Assembly (NCBI RefSeq): GCF_006345805.1
Contig: NC_043019.1
Coordinates: 8,679,360 to 8,743,359, forward strand
Length of the DNA: 64,000 nt
DNA from: Octopus sinensis
Lineage: Eukaryota
Direction: 5' to 3'
Positions 60,929-64,000 of this stretch are shown here, in pieces. Under the pieces are notes generated by a model. It had not been told where the DNA came from and did not search any database. It was given only the letters and a program-made list of their open reading frames with translations. The translations under genes were made by a program, and so were the position numbers. How positions within the stretch are numbered: the first letter of the stretch is position 1; each line of letters begins with the position of its first letter.

Positions 60929-60959
<31 letters not shown>

Positions 60960-61279
60960 TAATATATATATATATTATTCCAGATCACAGTTCTGTAGCA
61001 AAATTTCTTTCTATATCGGTCTTATGGTTTACCAAAATGATAATCTCCAATGCTCTGATGATGTTTGTCCCCTACGCATATTCTGTTGATCGATAGAAAA
61101 ACTGCAATTCACAATGCGCCAGGGAATTTGGTTGTGTGTTTTCCTGTATTAGTACAGGTATATATGCACTTATGTCTCTTATATTTCCTGACTACTACAA
61201 ATCTCCCACTGAAGAGGGAGCAGGATTCTAACAAAGATACAGGGCTCCATTTTTGGGATGTAGTTAACACACACAAATT

Positions 61280-61830
61280 CACATTTGGAACTTGAGAAAA
61301 GTCTTGCATATTTGTATTGTTTCTCTCACAGAATGCTGGTCATTTTCTCTTTGAGAAAATCCCAGTTTATCCAGATTCCCCTAACAATACCTAGTACTAG
61401 AAATATTATTGGTATAAATATGATATGAATTATTATTGGTATAAATATGGATGCTGTAGCTGGGGGTTTCGAAGCAGTTGTCCATAGATATCGTCTTCTT
61501 CCTTAATCTTCAAAGATATATTCATATCGCCAGGGCAGCTGATGGTACATACCTTTTCCCCTCTGTCTCAAACAACAGTATCCTGCCTGTTAAGACTACA
61601 TTTGAAGAAGTTTTGATGGGAATATTTCACCAATATTCCTTGAGTTTGTGTTTATGAATGTATTCCTTAACAGGGATTTTCTAAGTTTATTTCAGGACAG
61701 TCTATTTTACGGATGTCATTGTAAATTGCTTTAGCAACATCATCATGCTACTTTGGGAGGTAGTACCGAGACGACATTTCAGGACAGTTGTGGTTACCTG
61801 CGTAATGAATTCCACAGAAATATAGTAAAA
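61280..61830 (-). mobile_element. Decayed R4/Dong-type LINE 3' end (second subfamily)
   Basis: CPEMSSRYYLP..HDDVAKAIY..DCPEI, NRQD..WD-like DRGEKVCT..SCPGDMNI, FIPII..LG, NLDKLGFS, ICKTFLKF; multiple stops. Confidence 0.75.
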
Positions 61831-61861
61831 GCCTACATATCTATGTATGTATTTATGTACG

Positions 61862-61942
<81 letters not shown>

Positions 61943-61945
<3 letters not shown>

Positions 61946-62289
61946 AAATTTAAATTACGATGAACGTAAACAAACAAACGAAGTTTGCTTTAGAAGCGTT
62001 GAGATGTCTTAGGAGTTAAACAGGTGATTTTAAATTCTCAAGCACAGGATAATGCTAATAATATAGCCTGAACAGGATAAGCTACCCCTATTTTGCAGAA
62101 AAAAAAATATTGGTGGTCGGCTATGAGACTTGAATTCACACCTCCGTGATTATACGTTGCGGGGCTCTGAACCATTAAGCTAAACCGTCCACACCACAAA
62201 TTCTTCCGCAAATTTAAGGTATAGAGAAATCTGGCTTTATGAGATGCTATCATACGTTAAATTCAAATTACGATGAACGTAAGCAAACA
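61943..62289. repeat. 34-bp direct repeats (61943-61976, 62256-62289), 32/34 identical
   Basis: GTTAAATT(T/C)AAATTACGATGAACGTAA(A/G)CAAACA; the first copy abuts a long (TA)n. Confidence 0.9.
62111..62190 (-). tRNA. tRNA-like element or pseudo-tRNA (Ile/Met-like) with genomic CCA and downstream T9
   Basis: GGACGGTTTAGCTTAATGGTTCAGAGCCCCGCAACGTATAATCACGGAGGTGTGAATTCAAGTCTCATAGCCGACCACCA-ATA-T9. A-box TAGCTTAATGG, near B-box ATTCAAGTC, D stem and acceptor stem largely paired; anticodon stem broken, so unlikely to decode. Confidence 0.65.
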
Positions 62290-62583
62290 TCGTCATTATA
62301 CACGTTTCGAAAGAAATGACGATTTCTTTCCTGCAGCAGGAACGAGTGTTGAGGAAGGTGGAAATATCTGGCTCAGTCACAACTCACTCAACAAAACTCA
62401 TGGTGTTGTACTGCTGGATTTTTGTCTCCACAATCGGTGGCTGGCCCAAGAAGATCTGGTGTTGGTGTGATTAGATCCGAATCACTTATAGAGCTACTTC
62501 ACCGATTCTTGCATTTCGAGAGAGTAAAAAAAACCGTTTCAACACACAAGTGTTTACTCTAAAATATAGGAGTGTAAGTAGGC

Positions 62584-62620
<37 letters not shown>

Positions 62621-64000
62621 GTGTGTGTATGTGTGCGTTTGTATGAATAAAGACATACTAAATATAATAGATGAATAATTTGTTTGTAGAAATAAATCAC
62701 CGTTCGTGAGAAGAAAAAGAGCAGCGCCTTGTGTTACTTCCATCCAACTCCAAGAGGAAAAGGATATTGTAAAAAAAATTAAGTATATTTCGCAACGGAG
62801 CATGTGAGAAATATTCAGATTATATGGAGACAATACGACATACGTCGGTAGGTGTTTCTGCTTCGATACATAGCTTCAGAATAGCAATTGATGCCCGCAA
62901 GAGATGTATTCATGTATATAAGTAAAACTTTATATGGCCGAGAAAAATCTACATAAGTTAAATTAAAATGACATAAGTTTGATTGGCGATGATGACGTTA
63001 TGGACATTAAGGCTAAATAAAATGATATTAAATGACAAAGGAGCATTATTGTTGGGTAAGTAGTGAGAATTATGAGAAAGTATCAAGGTGTCAATTTAAA
63101 GCTAATATAATGAGAGAAAAAAAGTCGTTTTCATTGTAATATCTATAAGATCTATGAATGATAAGACACTGGCAAATATACACATACATACAATATAAAT
63201 ATATAGAAAACCTATACTATATATGTATAGATGGACTCATACATGTGTTTGTATGTATGTGTATGTGGATATGCGTTTTATAGAAGACTATGTTTTCGAA
63301 TATACATCCTTGATTTCCTGGGATGTCACGGTGACCCAGAACTTTTAGCCATCCATAACCTCTCCCACCCCTGCTATATGATATCTACCCCAAACCAAAG
63401 TTCTCAACCGCAAAAGAAAAAAAAGAACAAAAAAACTGCATTCCTTCTGGTTGAATTGAGAATTTTGAGATGTTTGTGCATATCTATAAAGTCATTCCAG
63501 TGTTAATAATAAAAGGCGCGAAAATAATCGATTACCGGAAATATTTATCGATTATCAAGTTTTATGGGACTTTCCTTAGATGAATCATTGTGAATATAAC
63601 TGCGTTTGTGTGTGAATCTCTTGCAGTGTGTCGAAGGATGAATGTGCGTATATTTCTCATAAAGCGTAAGAATATATATAAAAAGATGGCAGCGTCTTCT
63701 TTAATAAAAAAATATATCAACCACATGGGTGGGTCGTCTTACGACCTGATATCTTTACGTTTTGCAAAGTTAGACATTTTCTTCTTACATAATCTCAACA
63801 GCTTGACCACTTCCGATGTCTGCAAATTACTGTCCATGTGGATAGAAATTGCTAGACTGGAGTTCTCTGGAGATTCAGAGGACTCGAGCAGTAAAAAAAT
63901 AGCGTATGAATAATTTATTAAAGTAGTCTACACTTTGGGGATTTTATATATATATATATATATAATTATATACACGAATATGTGTGTGTATGTTTATATA

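Noticed and set aside
62330-62470. GC-richer segment with open frames on both strands
   Set aside because: No motif identified; probably a fragment of an unrecognised repeat.
63590-63913. 107-aa plus-strand ORF
   Set aside because: Starts at a non-ATG codon, with no domain motif and no splice support.

Overview
Eukaryotic, AT-rich, microsatellite-dense DNA, most likely a long intron or intergenic region of an octopus (cephalopod) genome. The taxon is inferred from SINE and LINE families recognised from memory, not from a database search. There is no complete protein-coding gene, and almost all ORFs in the supplied track are microsatellite artefacts. Mobile elements that can be supported: about 9 tRNA-derived SINE loci of two main families, a 2.1-kb 5'-truncated RTE LINE, two R4/Dong-type LINE fragments with restriction-like endonuclease, a Tc1/mariner transposase relic, several MITE or fold-back elements, a possible Gypsy protease relic and Penelope-like relics. 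A few isolated minus-strand candidate exons have strong splice sites; the best is 12695-12811. A 1.08-kb indel-rich tandem duplication is probably an assembly artefact. The most interesting signals are: (1) a hammerhead ribozyme with an intact catalytic core at 59043-59086 (-), inside a ~400-bp direct-repeat unit; (2) a tRNA-like Pol III-type unit ending in CCA plus T9, flanked by 34-bp direct repeats (62111-62190); (3) an inverted SINE pair whose arms share variants absent from the nearby copy (a long dsRNA hairpin); (4) orphan phase-compatible exons and a candidate recursive splice site.
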